Shown in pieces: positions 38,734 through 52,701 of a stretch of 64,000 nucleotides of DNA. The position numbers and the translations under genes are program-made. Source of the DNA: Syncephalis fuscata S228 (lineage: Eukaryota; Fungi; Zoopagomycota); the NCBI GenBank assembly GCA_025786725.1, contig JAHLTZ010000016.1, forward strand, positions 310,001 to 374,000. Direction: 5' to 3'. The notes under the pieces are model-generated. The model worked only from the letters and a program-made list of their open reading frames with translations. It searched no databases and had not been told where the DNA came from. Each line of letters starts with the position of its first letter. Positions within the stretch are counted from its first letter, which is position 1.

Positions 38734-41700
38734 CTATATCAGCTGTTCGTTGTTATGGGCCTTGTCCATCTCATTAACACTTGTATTCGTCGTATTATCA
38801 GTGGTTATTTTGTTGATAGATAGTTCGTGTACTACCATGGAAGGTGTTGATACCGATAATGGCATGGCATTAGGCTCGCTTATGTCTGTCGATGCTTGTT
38901 TTGATGTTATTAATGCATTCTCAGTAATGGTTTCTGATTCGAGTTCAGTTAAAGCACGTGGAATAACACCCTTGGGTAATTGAGTTACCGAGGGTAAGTA
39001 TTCAAAATCAGGCCCAAAATTAACGGATACTTTGGCGTTCATATAGCATGAAATAGCTGGGTAATATCTACCTATAGTATATATATATATCTAATTAATA
39101 TATATGTATATAGATAAAATAACTTACCTAAAAAGATATTGGTAAATGCAATACCGGCCAGTTCTCCGTTAACGTAATAACGCAATTCACTTCCTTGTAC
39201 GCGCGGCATTACTGACTCGCCTATTAGTTGGGTGTCTGGAACTGAAATAGTCTGCTGATTAATGATATGTTGTTGTTGTTGTTGTTGCTCTCCTCCTTCT
39301 CCTATTCCTCCTGGAGAATAGACTGCCTTTGGCCGAGCATATCGGAAATGTTCATAATCTGCACCGAATTGCCAACGTCGACCTTCTAAATCGGACTTTT
39401 CCGCCTCATTCAATGATGGAATGTAAAGCAGTACACCCAATACATCACCTGGTTCTAACATAAGTGAATTAACATAATGAATTAGTCGTGCTTGGCAGTC
39501 GTATAATTATTATAGTATAGTATTTACCGGCATAACCTTTACCACCCATGAATCGTCCCACTGATTGGTGGAATACTGTGCCTGGTCGAGCTCTATAGCC
39601 ATAACTAAAATAATCAAAACCACAGGGACCTTGCAAATCGCCAGATATTTGTGACCAGCCAATTCGTGCATTACTGTTGGCATCACCTTCAAATCGTGCC
39701 TCATAATACCAAGCACCTTCAAATACACTGTGACTTGCCTTGGCCATTCTATATCCCTATTAATTATTAACAATGTTGTTATTAATTAATACATGCATTA
39801 ATTAACATAATTAACATAACTAGCATATTGGCTAACTTTGTCTATTTAATTGTTATAAAACTTACTTTTTCATTGGATGTTGTCATACCATCTTCTGAAA
39901 CAAATACCCGGGACGCTGTATGAGTAGGCTGACGTGATAACCGTACCGGTCCACCTGGATTATCGAGATCTGGATACATGGCTATAGTTCTAGTTAGTAT
40001 TTATTTGTTTACATTAATTATTAATGGTTAATTACCAATGGTTTCACTTAATTCAACCGAAGATGTTGAAGATGATTTGGTTGCTTTTGATTCTGCTTTC
40101 ATACGTTTGTATTTTGTAGTAAGTTCAGTTTTCTATTCATTAAATTGGTCAATTGTTACTAATATTCATATTAACACTATTAATAGCTTACATTAGCTGT
40201 ATCGTCTGAATCAGATCTTTTACGCGAACGATCTGTATCCAATACTGGCGTCTCTTCTAAAACTTTCACTTTAACTTGCGTATCTTCATCTAATAGCGAT
40301 ACCAATTTTCCTGATGATATAATATTATAGGCCGGTTCTCTTAATGCTATATCATTTGATGTAGCATAAGTAAATGGAAATTGACTTGAAACTTTCAATG
40401 CCCATAACCCTATCATCTATTAGTAGGACTAACTAACAAATACTTACTTACCTGTACGGCCAAACATCGCTTCACCTGATACAAATCGTTCTTCAGTGCA
40501 TCCAGTCTTAAGTGCCGATATTACTTGTTCCTCCCATGATTCAATTGGAGTAAGATCTATTAACCAAAACTGCTCCCATCGTGAACGAATTAGTGCACAT
40601 ATATCTTGTTTTGTTGCAAAATAAACACGTCCATCTTCCATTGGATCACGTTCCTTCCACGGCGACATATGGGATAAGGTAAACAAGGCCAAATGAACAA
40701 CTTCAATCCTAATTAAATATTAATATATCATATTATAGTATAATATAGTATAATATAATATAGTATAGTATATTCTTACCAAGTTAATTGAACTCGTTGA
40801 AATACTTCACGTCCTGCTCCACCACCACAATCAGAACATATAAAGTAAAAAAAGTTATCACCAGGAACAATAGCCTTCCAATATCGATGAGTAACAGGAA
40901 TACAGTCTATTGTTATTATTATTATTATTATTATAAATTAGTATTTATAATTTATAATTTATTACTTTATAAACTAACTTACCAACATGGAATCGTGTCT
41001 GACATTGATGACAAATAATCATTGGTCTTAGTGCACTATTAATATGTTGATTAATAATTAATAATTAATATTGTTGTCGTTGTTGTTAACTTACGATTGA
41101 CGTTCACGGCTACAATAACAACGTTTTGCTTTATTCTTTTTTGTTCCTCCAATTGTTTTAGTTGCAGTTGTTGTATCACTTGTACTACTGTCTATACCAT
41201 TCAAACTATTAATAGTTGGCATTTCTTCTAATTTAATAGTGGCTTGTTCTTCAGCATCGTCAGTCATCGTAATAGTTGATAAGGGAATTTCTGCTTTACT
41301 ATTAATAACTAATTCAGGTTCAATATCCATAGTATTAGATAACATAGCTGATTCTTCTTTAGCCTCTAATTCAATATCCAATTTGATTTCTTTAACTATT
41401 GGTACTGTCTCGGTATCACTTTCATTAACTGTCACATCTATCATGTCTTCATTCTTAGATGTTGTTACTATTGATGTTTTATCAACTGTTTCGCGGGATT
41501 CTTCCAGAGAATCAACGTCAATCTCTTCTGTTTCTGTACTATTTGATGTGGTAATGGGCGTAAGTGTCGTTACATCTACCAATTCTTCCTCGCCTTCCTC
41601 CAAAAGCTCAGCATCAAGTTCACGTTCTAATAAATCAATATCAATATCCATTGCTTCGTGATCTTCTTCGTTTCTACATCCAATGGTAATTGTATAATAT

Positions 41701-42324
41701 CATTTAATTCAGGCTTATGGACTGCTTCAATCTCTATTTGAATATCATTATCTTTTTCAACATCTACATTTGTGTTAACTTCAATTTCAATATCTTCTGC
41801 GGGTACATTAACTATAGTAGTTGCTATTGGAGATGGTGTAGTGTCAATAACCTTGATTTCATCTACATTTCATTTAATTGCACATCATCTGTTGATGATA
41901 TAGGTATTGCTGTTGGTGTTGCCACTGTTTCTGTTACTGGATGTGGAGGAGGTGATGGTGATGCAGACATACCGCCAGCGGCTAATTGTAACAATAAAGA
42001 TGCGCCTTCATCATCTCTTTCGCGTTCTGCTGCTGCTGCCGCTGCTGCTGCGTCTACATCAACTTTTGACGATACTTGATGGGCAGGTGCAACTGTTTTT
42101 GTTGTTTTTGTTGATTCAACGCGTGTGGTTTTGTTATCAATTAAAGTTACAGTAGCAGTCTTGTCGTCGGCAGTTGTTGTCTCTTTCTTCTCTTGACTAT
42201 CGCCGTCTACTACTAAGGTCGTGGCATTTTCTTCTGAATCGTCGCTAAATGAACCAAAATTGTTTTCATCATCGGCTAGATTCGTATCGCCACCCGTAGG
42301 ACTGATGAGTGCTGAAATGTCCAT
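38734..42324 (-). CDS. ASH2: ASH2/Bre2 subunit of the Set1/COMPASS H3K4 methyltransferase complex (multi-exon)
   Basis: Acidic N-terminus, PHD-like Cys cluster (CYC...CHQC...CSDC), winged-helix-like segment, and SPRY motifs (KASHSVFEGAWYYE, ARIGWSQISGDLQGPCGFDYFSYGYR, YPAISCYM..VSVNFGPDF). The 3' end is approximate. Confidence 0.88.
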
Positions 42325-42876
42325 AGGGATCGCAGATAATATAGAGACGTGGTGGTAACATTCAAAACAAAGGATAGTTGCCATATAATAGCAAGCTATG
42401 TGTAAATAAGATACGAATTTCAATAATGGTTGATTCAAATCATTTTGGAATCTCTTTTCTTACAACTCAATTTGGCTGTACTTAATAATACGTAAGCAAA
42501 ACTTTTTTTACAAAAATGGAACTGTTTAATGAAGCTACAAGCTGTAGTTTTTCATCAATAGTTGATATGTTTATTACTATGCTGCAATACCAGCGCACAT
42601 CTGTCGGAATAATGTACTGATTATTAGAGGTGATGATAATACTAGCTTCAGTAATCTTGCTAGTAATCTTACCACTTCCAATCACAAAAAAAATACACTT
42701 TTTTATTCAATCGATTAATATAGTCAAAAATTAGTTATTAATCAAAACAGTGTCGTTATTGAATATATTAACAAAGAGTATTATTATTATAAATAACAAT
42801 TAAATACAGAATAATTTGAATTATGTAAAATCGATTACCCAATTATAGGCAAATGTTTATTGTATTAGTGAATTCA

Positions 42877-43964
42877 TCACTGGCCACAAACAGTAGTAGA
42901 AGCGGCTATACCTACTGGTTCACCTTTTGAGCATTGCGAGTTTACAGCAGGCTTTGGTGATTGCACTGAGATGTCTGGAAGTGTATCAGTGGTAAGCGAT
43001 GGCGCAGTACCAGATAGACCAGAAGCAGCCATTTGAATATTTTGAATTTGTTGAATTTGTTGCACTGGCATATTGACAGCTAGTTCAGTAGATGGGCAAC
43101 CAGTAGTCGATGCACAGGCAGTCGATTGTGATTTGGGTGCGATTATAACTGACTGAGATATGTCAGGCTGTGGATATTCGTTATTTGGCTTGCTTTTAAT
43201 AACAGCCGGCATATTGGGCTTGGTGGGAAACGTATTTTTAGTCATATCTGTGCCATTATTATTATTATTATTATTGTCCTCGTCGCCATCATCATTACCA
43301 TCATCGTCACCGGAAGTAATATCAACTGTGGGTTGACACATCTGTGTTGATAGTTCTCCGTTGCAATGAATCAAAATAGGCTGCTCTGTTGTTGCAGCCA
43401 TACTTGTCGCGTCATTATCCGGTGTCTAATCGAATAAATGGTTATTAAATAAATAAATGTATATATTTCCGCTTACTGTATCTGGCATTTCCATAGTCGC
43501 TTGGCGTGCCATTAACCAACGATGATGTGGGCGATGCGGATGATGTGGGCGATGCGGACGATGTGGGCGATGCGGACGATGTGGGCGATGTGGACGGTGA
43601 GGGTGGTAAGGATAATATGGACGACGAGGGGACGGTCATATGAAGAATATTGACGGCGATTAAGACGGTAACGAGTTGGAGGTATAAGTGCGCATTGATT
43701 ATCCATAAGCCAATGGCCTTCGGTGCATTGTAGACAAGATGCTGGTGGGATCATAGTAACAGACCATTGCCAACGAGGCATGGCAAAATCTGGATTATGT
43801 CGAATAGCGCAGGCTAGATTAATTTTTGCTGGAATAAAGGTAGTGATGGCAGTCTCGGATGGTATAGCCATAATATGTGCTGCTCCATTGGCTACTTTAA
43901 TGACATAGGACAGTCCTGCCAAAGTAATGGCTAGAATAACAGTAGAATAATGGTGTATCGCCAT
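42877..43964 (-). CDS. Secreted protein with a Cys-containing N-terminal region, a (Pro-His-Arg)n repeat and a Ser/Thr/Pro-rich tail (exons 43964-43477, 43425-42877; 1-nt deficit at 43628-43631)
   Basis: Signal peptide MAIHHYSTVILAITLAGLSYVIKVANG. Adding one C to the C4 run (minus strand) gives one continuous frame to a phase-0 GTAAGC donor that splices in frame to ORF 42877-43401. Confidence 0.65.
43521..43596. repeat. Tandem 18-bp coding repeat with 9-bp subunits
   Basis: About four copies of a GATGTGGGCGATGCGGAC-like unit. Confidence 0.85.
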
Positions 43965-44869
43965 AATTATGACTACAATGGAGATTAAAGGTAAGAATTG
44001 TTGATAAAACGCTTTAAAGATGTTATGAATATTGAGTTAATGGTAGCGATGAATAATAGTAGTAAGGAGCAGGTAGTAAAGAGAGAAGATGATAATTGAT
44101 GTTGTTGATACTAACATAATGATACTAAAACGGCGGCTATTTATTTAGTGAACAGTACATTTGACAGATACAATTATATGATCAATATCATATTAAAATG
44201 ATACATGTCACATTACAACAAATTATATATTTATTATCATAATGACATAGTATAAAAGCGGTAAATGTCATTCAAGAAATGTATTGTCAAGTAAAATATA
44301 CAAATAATAATGCAGTATTTAAATAAATTTGCTATGTTTTGATATAATCATTACCAATATTTACTTAATATAATTACACCTAAATATTTATTAACTATAT
44401 TCAAATATTAATAATGCATCTATCTATGTGACTGATAACACATCATTGATATTGTTTGCCATAGGTTATGGCTTGTACAAGTCATACCATGTGATGATCA
44501 AAAGTACATTGCATAAATACACATTGAAATAGATACAGTTATATTTGCTTGCAACATACTTTTTTTAGTAGAATGTTTGTGAGTGTAGTCAATGTAAAGG
44601 TGTACGAGTAAAGTAAGCCACTTTGCACAAAAAGAAAGAAAGAAAGAAATAGGCGCACGTCGTGCAATCAACAAAAAGTAACAACGATGATTGCACAAGT
44701 CATTATAGATCGGATAAAAACAAGCGGCATCAGGCAAAGCGCGTATACACACATGAATGCACCGCATACACGCTATTGTCATGCTTCTTCCTCTTTCTTC
44801 GGAAAAGCTTGTACAGGCATATACGCTACTTCCTCCAGCTTTGCCATGACTTCCTCTCTTTACTTTCAC

Positions 44870-46239
44870 TTATTGTGTTTTTTCATTCGCCAATTTACCG
44901 GCGTTTATACGCGACTCCTTTTCAATCTCTAGCTGATGGTACAGCAAGTAGAGTGCCTTTTCGTTGGACTCGGCCGTACCTGTAATCGTAAACATACGAT
45001 CGTTGCTATCGTCGCTAGCTGCCTTGGCAATGCTAATACGGCTACCACTTGTGCGACGGATCTCTGAAATGCGTTTGCCACCCTTGCCGATAATGCAGCC
45101 AACGTAGTCGGACGGGATGGAGATATGCTGAATGCGCATGGCTTGAAGGTACGGATCGCGGTCTGGATCATAATGAGCCGTTTCATAAATTGGACGTGCA
45201 AAGTCAGCACCGTGACCGGTACGTGGTACACGTGGAAATAGCATACGGTCACCAAACAACATACCTCCGGTGGCCACAGCCGTGCCTGCGCCCGTAGTAA
45301 GACGAGCAACTGGGTTGTAGTGCACGGTGCCGGCACCACGTTCTGCGTCTTCGATAAGGCATTTACCAATCTCCCAGACAGCAACACGGATCGAGTCGAC
45401 CATGCCTTGTACGTCAACCACGCGCTCAGTCGATTGAGGTAGCATTTCCTTATTAGCCACCATACGAGCACCAGACACGTCTTGGATATGCTTAATCTTC
45501 ATACCTTGACGGCCGATGATCGTGCCCATAAGGTTATGCGAAATCAAAAGACGTACAGTAGCGATGGTGCCAGCTGGCTGAACACCCTCAATGGTTTGGG
45601 GGGTGATTGGATTTTCAAGCATTGTTTGAGCGATAAGTGAGTAAGCCTAGTATTAGTTATTATTATTATTATTATAATAATATTAAATTAATAAAATTGT
45701 TATAATTAAATTAATAAAATGATTAAATAATTAAATGATTAAATAATTAAATAATAATATTGCAATAATAAAATGTAATTAGATAAGATCAAGTAATACA
45801 AATGTAATCATATTAAGTCATGATTGACCCCATAGATACTTACCTTTGCAACACCATCCAAAGTGCCAGAAACAGTAAGTACACGATCCTGGACACCTGG
45901 CACTACTTTGGAAACGCCAGCTTTCACGCCAGTTTGCTCGCGCAACTCAGCGACATTACGGCCAGCCTTGCCGATGATCACACCAGCCTCTTTAGTCGTG
46001 ACAAGAGCACGAAGCGTCAGTTCAGAATTACCATCAGCCTCGACTTTATTCTCATCATCGCCTTCGACTGGATGTTCCTCGCCGGCTGATTGCTGTTCAG
46101 CAGGAGTGCCATCGGGACTGGCGTTATCGGCACTGCTAACATTGAGATTATTCAACTGAGCGGCTGTCTCATCCACAGCAGCATTATTCTGCTGGGCAGC
46201 AGCGGCAGTAGAGGTTGCGTCAGCAGTCTGTTCTGACAT
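44870..46239 (-). CDS. Three-KH-domain RNA-binding protein, Rnc1/Hek2/PCBP-like (exons 46239-45844, 45646-44870)
   Basis: KH GxxG loops IIGKAG, IIGRQG and IIGKGG with typical flanks (LTLRALV, EMLPQSTERVV, RMFTITG). Confidence 0.92.
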
Positions 46240-49200
46240 GATGGGACTATCCACGATCGACCAATCAATATTATTATATATTCTGGCAGTTAGATTCTAT
46301 AGTGCTTACCTTTTGTTTAATAGATCGTTCGGTCGTTCGGATGCCGTGAAAGGGGCAAAGGAAGAGATAGACACGGGAGAGAAGCGGAAGAGCTACAGAA
46401 ACTCAGTAACGCACAAAGGATTATCTACGTGCGTGGACTCAAAGGGACAACCAGACGGATAGAAGAAGAAACTAGTAGTAGTGGTGGTGTGGTAGATATG
46501 TTTGTGTAGTAGTAGAGCAATGATCCTACTGGCAACTAATAGTAACAAGTAGCAAATAAACACGGGATGCAAGCAAACAAAAGTAGCAATGTAGTTGGAT
46601 AGTTAGTTATACGTATCAGTGGTAGTGCAACTACGCATAAGTCAAACTACAACTAGAACCACGACAGCAACGGCAACAACTTCCTAGATCACCTTCCAAC
46701 AAGCGAGTGGCTGTAGTGGTAGATGGAAAAGGTGACGAATTGAATGACAGCGACAAGGAAGTGTGGACGGAAGAGAGAGACGGCGATGAAGGCGAAAGAG
46801 AGTGTGTGTGCAAGCGTTTGAAGTGAAGCGGAAGGCAACGAGAAAGAGACGCGAAGAAGCAAACGGAAGAGAAGATTGACAGAAACTGTGAGATTTGAAG
46901 TGTGTTGCGCGAATACGTACACACACACACACACACAGAGTGAGAGTAAAAGAGAGAACGAAAAGAGCGATGGGAGTGGGAAGCGGAACTATGGTGACTG
47001 AGTGAACGAGTGAGGAGAGAGAGAAAGTTGTAATGGAAAAAGGAGAATGAAAAGATGACGCTACTATTGACATATTTTCACTTGTCCACTCGTTCAATCT
47101 GTCAATAGGTATTTATGTATGATTATGTATATAGATATGTATGTATAGATATGTATGTATGTATATGTATATGTATGTATATATGTGTGTGTAGTTATGT
47201 GTATAGATATAACGCAAGTGATTCGAGTCAAGTGTTACTTACCATAAACAATACAAATTGGCTTCTAGACCTTTAATCTTATTCTAATGATAGACCAATT
47301 AAAAGTTAATTACCTTTGTTTTAATTTATTCATACACTGTTACAGAATGGCTTTGATGTTTTAATTGTTAATTATTAACAATTACTTTATTTAAATTTGA
47401 TAGAAATGTTACAACTGCAACAATAATAGTAATAGCAATACGTTTAATAACAAATGTGACCAATAAACCGTGCATTGTTGCTATTAAACTACTACTCCGC
47501 CAGTTGTATTAATTATTTCAAGGTCAGATAGGAATGTATTTAATATGATTTGTAAATATAAACAATAGAAGCAACAATGACCAATAATTTAATTATTCAA
47601 TGCTTAGAAATAGACGTGCTAATGCTGATCATTGTAACAATAAAGTGTGACGTGAATCAGTTGATATGGCTGGTGTCGGTGATAACTCAAGGTTACAGTG
47701 CTAACAACTGCATATCATGTGGCCAACTTGTCTTTATAGACCCATGGTCCGCGTGGCCACCTATGTATAGCTTGTATCACACCGGCCTTGGTAATGTTAC
47801 CGCACGACCATACACATACACACGACTACGTACACACACACACAGAAGAGAGAGAGAGAGAAAGATGTACACACACGACTACCAAGTAAACATACGTCGT
47901 ACTACCTTCGCCAACTTGTAGCCATATCGACAAAAAACAAGGCTACATTTAATTGTAGTGACAGAAAAACGACTTTCTGGCCCGTGAGTTCCCAAACATC
48001 TAAAAGTACCCACCTGATGTACATCGGCCCGCATGCCCCTCATGTACTTGTACTTGCGTGGTCGGTGCTAAATAGGAGTAGAAATGCGCCAAAGTATGTA
48101 CTTATCCCAATAGATACTTTATTACGATTACTAAGACGGCTATACAATAACAATAATCCTAGACAGTTAGGTACACACACACATATATATATATATACAC
48201 CAGTTCATACACATACAAACACACACGCTCACTTGCATACGCATAGACATAACTAGCCTCGCCCACCCATACACGCGCCTGTGTGTGTACAGCCAACCAT
48301 TCGCTCTTTTCAGGTCACCTATTGTTTTATTAGTACGCCACTGTTCTTTTCCTTATATCAATACGCTTCTTTACTCTTATTCTTTACACTTGTTGGTATA
48401 GGTACTCTGTATCTAAACGTTTATTTGTGCCTTTCTATTTATGCGTTGGGCTCATTTATTATTACAGCTAGCTTTCTATTTATATTAATTCCGGCTATTG
48501 ATTCTCCTGTAAGACATAGCCATCTGACAGTTAGAACCAGCAACAAATACTATATTCTAGCCTTTAACAGAACAAGTAGCCATCTGTGTCCTATTTACTA
48601 GGTAAGCAGTAGTGTGTGGGGAATTGAAATAGACCTTATAGATGTGGTTATACGCAATGACAAGCGTATATGTATAGTAGTGTTTACACATGTGCCCATC
48701 CTTGACCGCCTTTAACGCGAGTGATGAACGCCACGTGTGGCTAGGCACAAACCACACACCTATGTAGTCTATAGAACAGTGTAATAATAGTCATAGCAAT
48801 AACGGTAATAACAAGCATAACCATAACCATATGAGATAATTATGACAAGATAATCATGGGCTGGGTATCAATAGGTGTTAATGAATAATGGCCATGACCT
48901 TTTAATATGAATGGATTTCTATATTAATGATCATGATAGACACTTATTCATATTCACCTCTTCCCATTAATTATGTGTGACATTTCTTATCTTTGGATAG
49001 AAACATCATTAGAATGGTCTTTATGTGATTATTAATATTAATAATAACAATAACAACAGCATTAATAATAACAATAATAGTGGTGGTGGTGATGGTGCCC
49101 CTTTATTAATGTGATACATCTCTCTCTTTCTCTGTAACAACAACTATTGATGCTGAGTAAAAAGGAGCGGCATTCTTTGTTGTTACTGCCGTTTCATTTC

Positions 49201-49613
49201 CGGCCACTTCTTTCCTAACAAACTAAAACACACATTTTCATTTGCGGTGTTGAGAAATTAATTCACTATTCACTTGACTCCGTTCTGTACTGTAACTATT
49301 CCTCTTTATCGACCAACGTTCATTCGTCACTGACTAACTAACTAATACGCTTTCTACACTTCTATTGTATGGTCAACGTTGGTCGATAGTCGGCAGACAC
49401 GTTATCGGGAATATCCGAGTTTTGTACTAAATAGAGTACGAACGGCAATTCAACGCTTTGGTCATCTACAATTATACCACTAGCAGGACCAATTGGCATA
49501 GACGTTGAATAGTCGTGCAGTCTTTTAAAGCATACGCTTTAAATTATTAAATAACTGGTATTTGTAGTCACGCGGATTAGCCACGTATTAACAACAGCGA
49601 TAACAACGATAAT

Positions 49614-52318
49614 ATGGCCACCGTGTTTAAACCTAAGCTTAAGTCGTTCAAATCGGCATCAGAGCTATTTGGACGTGGCCGCAATCGTGACCAAAGCCCA
49701 ACCTTTGGTTCCAACGAATTATCCGAGCATGGCGAGCCGATAGACGATAATCAGTCGATCTACTCGACGGCCTCGGTCAATAAAATGGCTCGATTTCGCA
49801 GTCTATTGCGTCTGGGCAATAATAGTTTTCACCATACCAACGGGCATGATATTAAAGAACACAGTTCTGAGAAGGATTCAGATGATAGATTGTCTTGTGC
49901 TCCCTCCTCGTCTTCGACCTATTCGTCATCAGGCGTGTACGGCAACGGATTATCGGCCACACCAGTAATGTTGGCCTCTTCAACTATGGCGTTTGAGGCT
50001 GGTTCGTCTAAAAGTGGATCGGGCACTTATAGTAAATGTAAGTTGTATTGTTACTGGCGATTCTATCGACACATCGTGACACTGATGTATTTATGGTAGA
50101 TTTATCGGCCAACGAACAGAATCGGTATCTTCGTCGTTGTCGATCTGAGGCTATTCATAAGATGACGATAAGTCCGGCCACTTCACCCAGCTCCTCACCT
50201 CGTCTTAGTCCCTCCTCTGCTATGACGAGCCGACAATGTCGACGACAATACTCATCCAACTCTATTCGGGTTACCTCGATAAGCGTAGGTCCTAGCGACT
50301 TTACAAAGATTCGTCTTTTGGGCAAAGGTGATGTTGGTAAAGTGTATTTGGTAAAGAAGAAGACAAGTGATCGGCTCTACGCCCTTAAAGGTAAGTTATT
50401 GATAGATACAATATATATATGTGTGTGTGTGTGTGTCTGTGTGTGTAATGAATACTAATTGAATTTATTTTTACGTATTTTTAACAGTGTTGTCAAAACA
50501 AGAAATGATTAAACGTAAAAAGATTAAGCGTGCATTGGCTGAACAAGAAATTCTAGCCAGTTCCAACCATCCATTCATTATTACGCTTTATCATTCTTTC
50601 CAAAGTGATGATTATTTGTATTTATGCATGGAATACTGTTTAGGTGGAGAATTCTTCCGTGGTAAGTAGCGAATAGTTTTTTGTATAATGAAATATAATA
50701 TAACGGATATTTTATATAATTACAGTACTTCAAAGTCGCCCTGGCAAATGTCTTCCTGAAAAGCATGCTTTATTTTACGCGGCTGAAGTTGTTTGTGGTA
50801 AGACCAATAATGCATAGATATTTATATTTTATATATGATTAATTATGATCTATTTGTATAGCATTGGAATATTTGCATCTTAATGGCTTTATTTATCGGG
50901 ATCTTAAACCTGAAAGTAAGTGTATTGGCTAAATAATTGTTATTAGTATTAACAGACAAATAAAGACATTCTACTTCACGAATCTGGACATATTATGCTT
51001 ACCGGTTAGTATAGTATAATAGAAGCATAATCGTTGTTATTGATTCAAGCATTTATATTATAATCTTTACTAAATAGATTTTGACTTGTCTAAGCAATCG
51101 GTGCGAGCCAGTCTACCCGGTGTTTCAAAAAGCAATTCTTCAGTAAGTTAACAATTTGTAGCATTATTATTATTACAACTATTACAATTATTAATATTTA
51201 TTATATAGCAGGCACCAGTGATTGACACCAAAACGTGTACCAAGAATTTACGAACCAATTCATTTGTTGGCACGGAAGGTAAGTTGTTATTTAATATAAT
51301 TCAAGTATATTACTGATCAATTGATTAACATTTAATTAGAATATATCGCACCAGAAGGTAAATAAACTATAATATAGATATAATGAGTATTAACAAGATT
51401 ATTTTAATAATTTATCACAGTTATTAAGGGTTGTGGTCATACAAGGTAAGTTAATACTAAATAGTATATCCATTAAATAACCATAAAATCATCTATAGTG
51501 CTGTAGACTGGTGGACCTTGGGTATTCTTATTTATGAAATGATGGTATGTTTATTAATAGCCACGATTAGTATTTACTAATTATAGGTTATTCTAGTTTG
51601 GTACCACTCCATTTAAAGGCCCTAATCGAAATGGTACCTTTTCCAATATTCTAAAGAACGACATTCAGTATCCAAACCATCCAAATGCACAACAGGTAAA
51701 TAATAAGTGATTATTTAAAAGTACAAATACTAATAACCACAACAACCATAACAACCATAACAATAGATCCATAGGTAAGTTATTAGTAAACATAACCAAT
51801 TATATTATATTAACGCTATTTATTAATATTATAGCAATACAAAGAATCTTATTAAAAAACTATTACACAAAGATGATCAAAAGCGTCTTGGATCCAATAG
51901 TGGTGCATCGGATGTAAAAGCACATGTAGCATTCAAGAAAATCAACTGGGCATTATTAAGAAATATGGAACCGCCTATTATTCCACCACCGGTTAATCCT
52001 TCTGATTTGGCACATTCACAAAATGGCATGTCGATAGTTTGTCACTAGACTTGGAACAAGAAGATAGAAAGAAGCGAGTAAAAAATGGACGCAATCCATT
52101 TGAAAACTTTAGTTCAGGTAAGTAGATATATATATATATACCATTGAAATGATCATAAAAGTAACCTTCTATCTACAGTCACACTGTTACATATGGGCGA
52201 TGAAGGAGACGAGGAAGAGGAAGCATTACGTATGGCACAAGAAGGCCGCTCTTCTACAAGTAATGAAATGGGCGGTGAAGGTGCAGATAGTGACATTTCC
52301 ACCGGTCATGACATTTAG
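49614..52318 (+). CDS. AGC-family Ser/Thr kinase of the Nrc-2/Fpk1/Kin82 (phototropin-like) type, with many small exons
   Basis: Motifs [37 protein letters not shown] (DFD instead of DFG), [22 protein letters not shown] and C-terminal [11 protein letters not shown]. Confidence 0.92.
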
Positions 52319-52701
52319 ACCAAGTTACAGTTTGCATACCGGACACACAAGTCGTCCAGTTATATTATCATTATCATCCATTATTGCTGCACTTCCTACT
52401 ACTACCATTACTATTTCCTACTTTTACTACTTTACTACTTTACTACCATTACTATTCGACTATAGGGGCGTTTGCGATTATTGCAAGATTATTTTTGTTC
52501 TGTTTGGACTTTTTCTAAATATTCTAATATCATTTTTATATTATTATTATTCATCTTTCTTTAACCACCCAACCAGATATAATAAAGTATTAATTCGTTT
52601 ATTTTACTTAATGACTCGATATGATTTAATAATGTTAATTAATACAATTTATAAATAAATGTAATTAAATGGATTAATAAAACACTTTTCCTTTATTAAT
52701 A

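Noticed and set aside
43445-43639. Mucin-like (SPTSSA)n ORF
   Set aside because: Its frame does not splice in phase to the downstream exon (it hits a stop), whereas the (PHR)n frame does.
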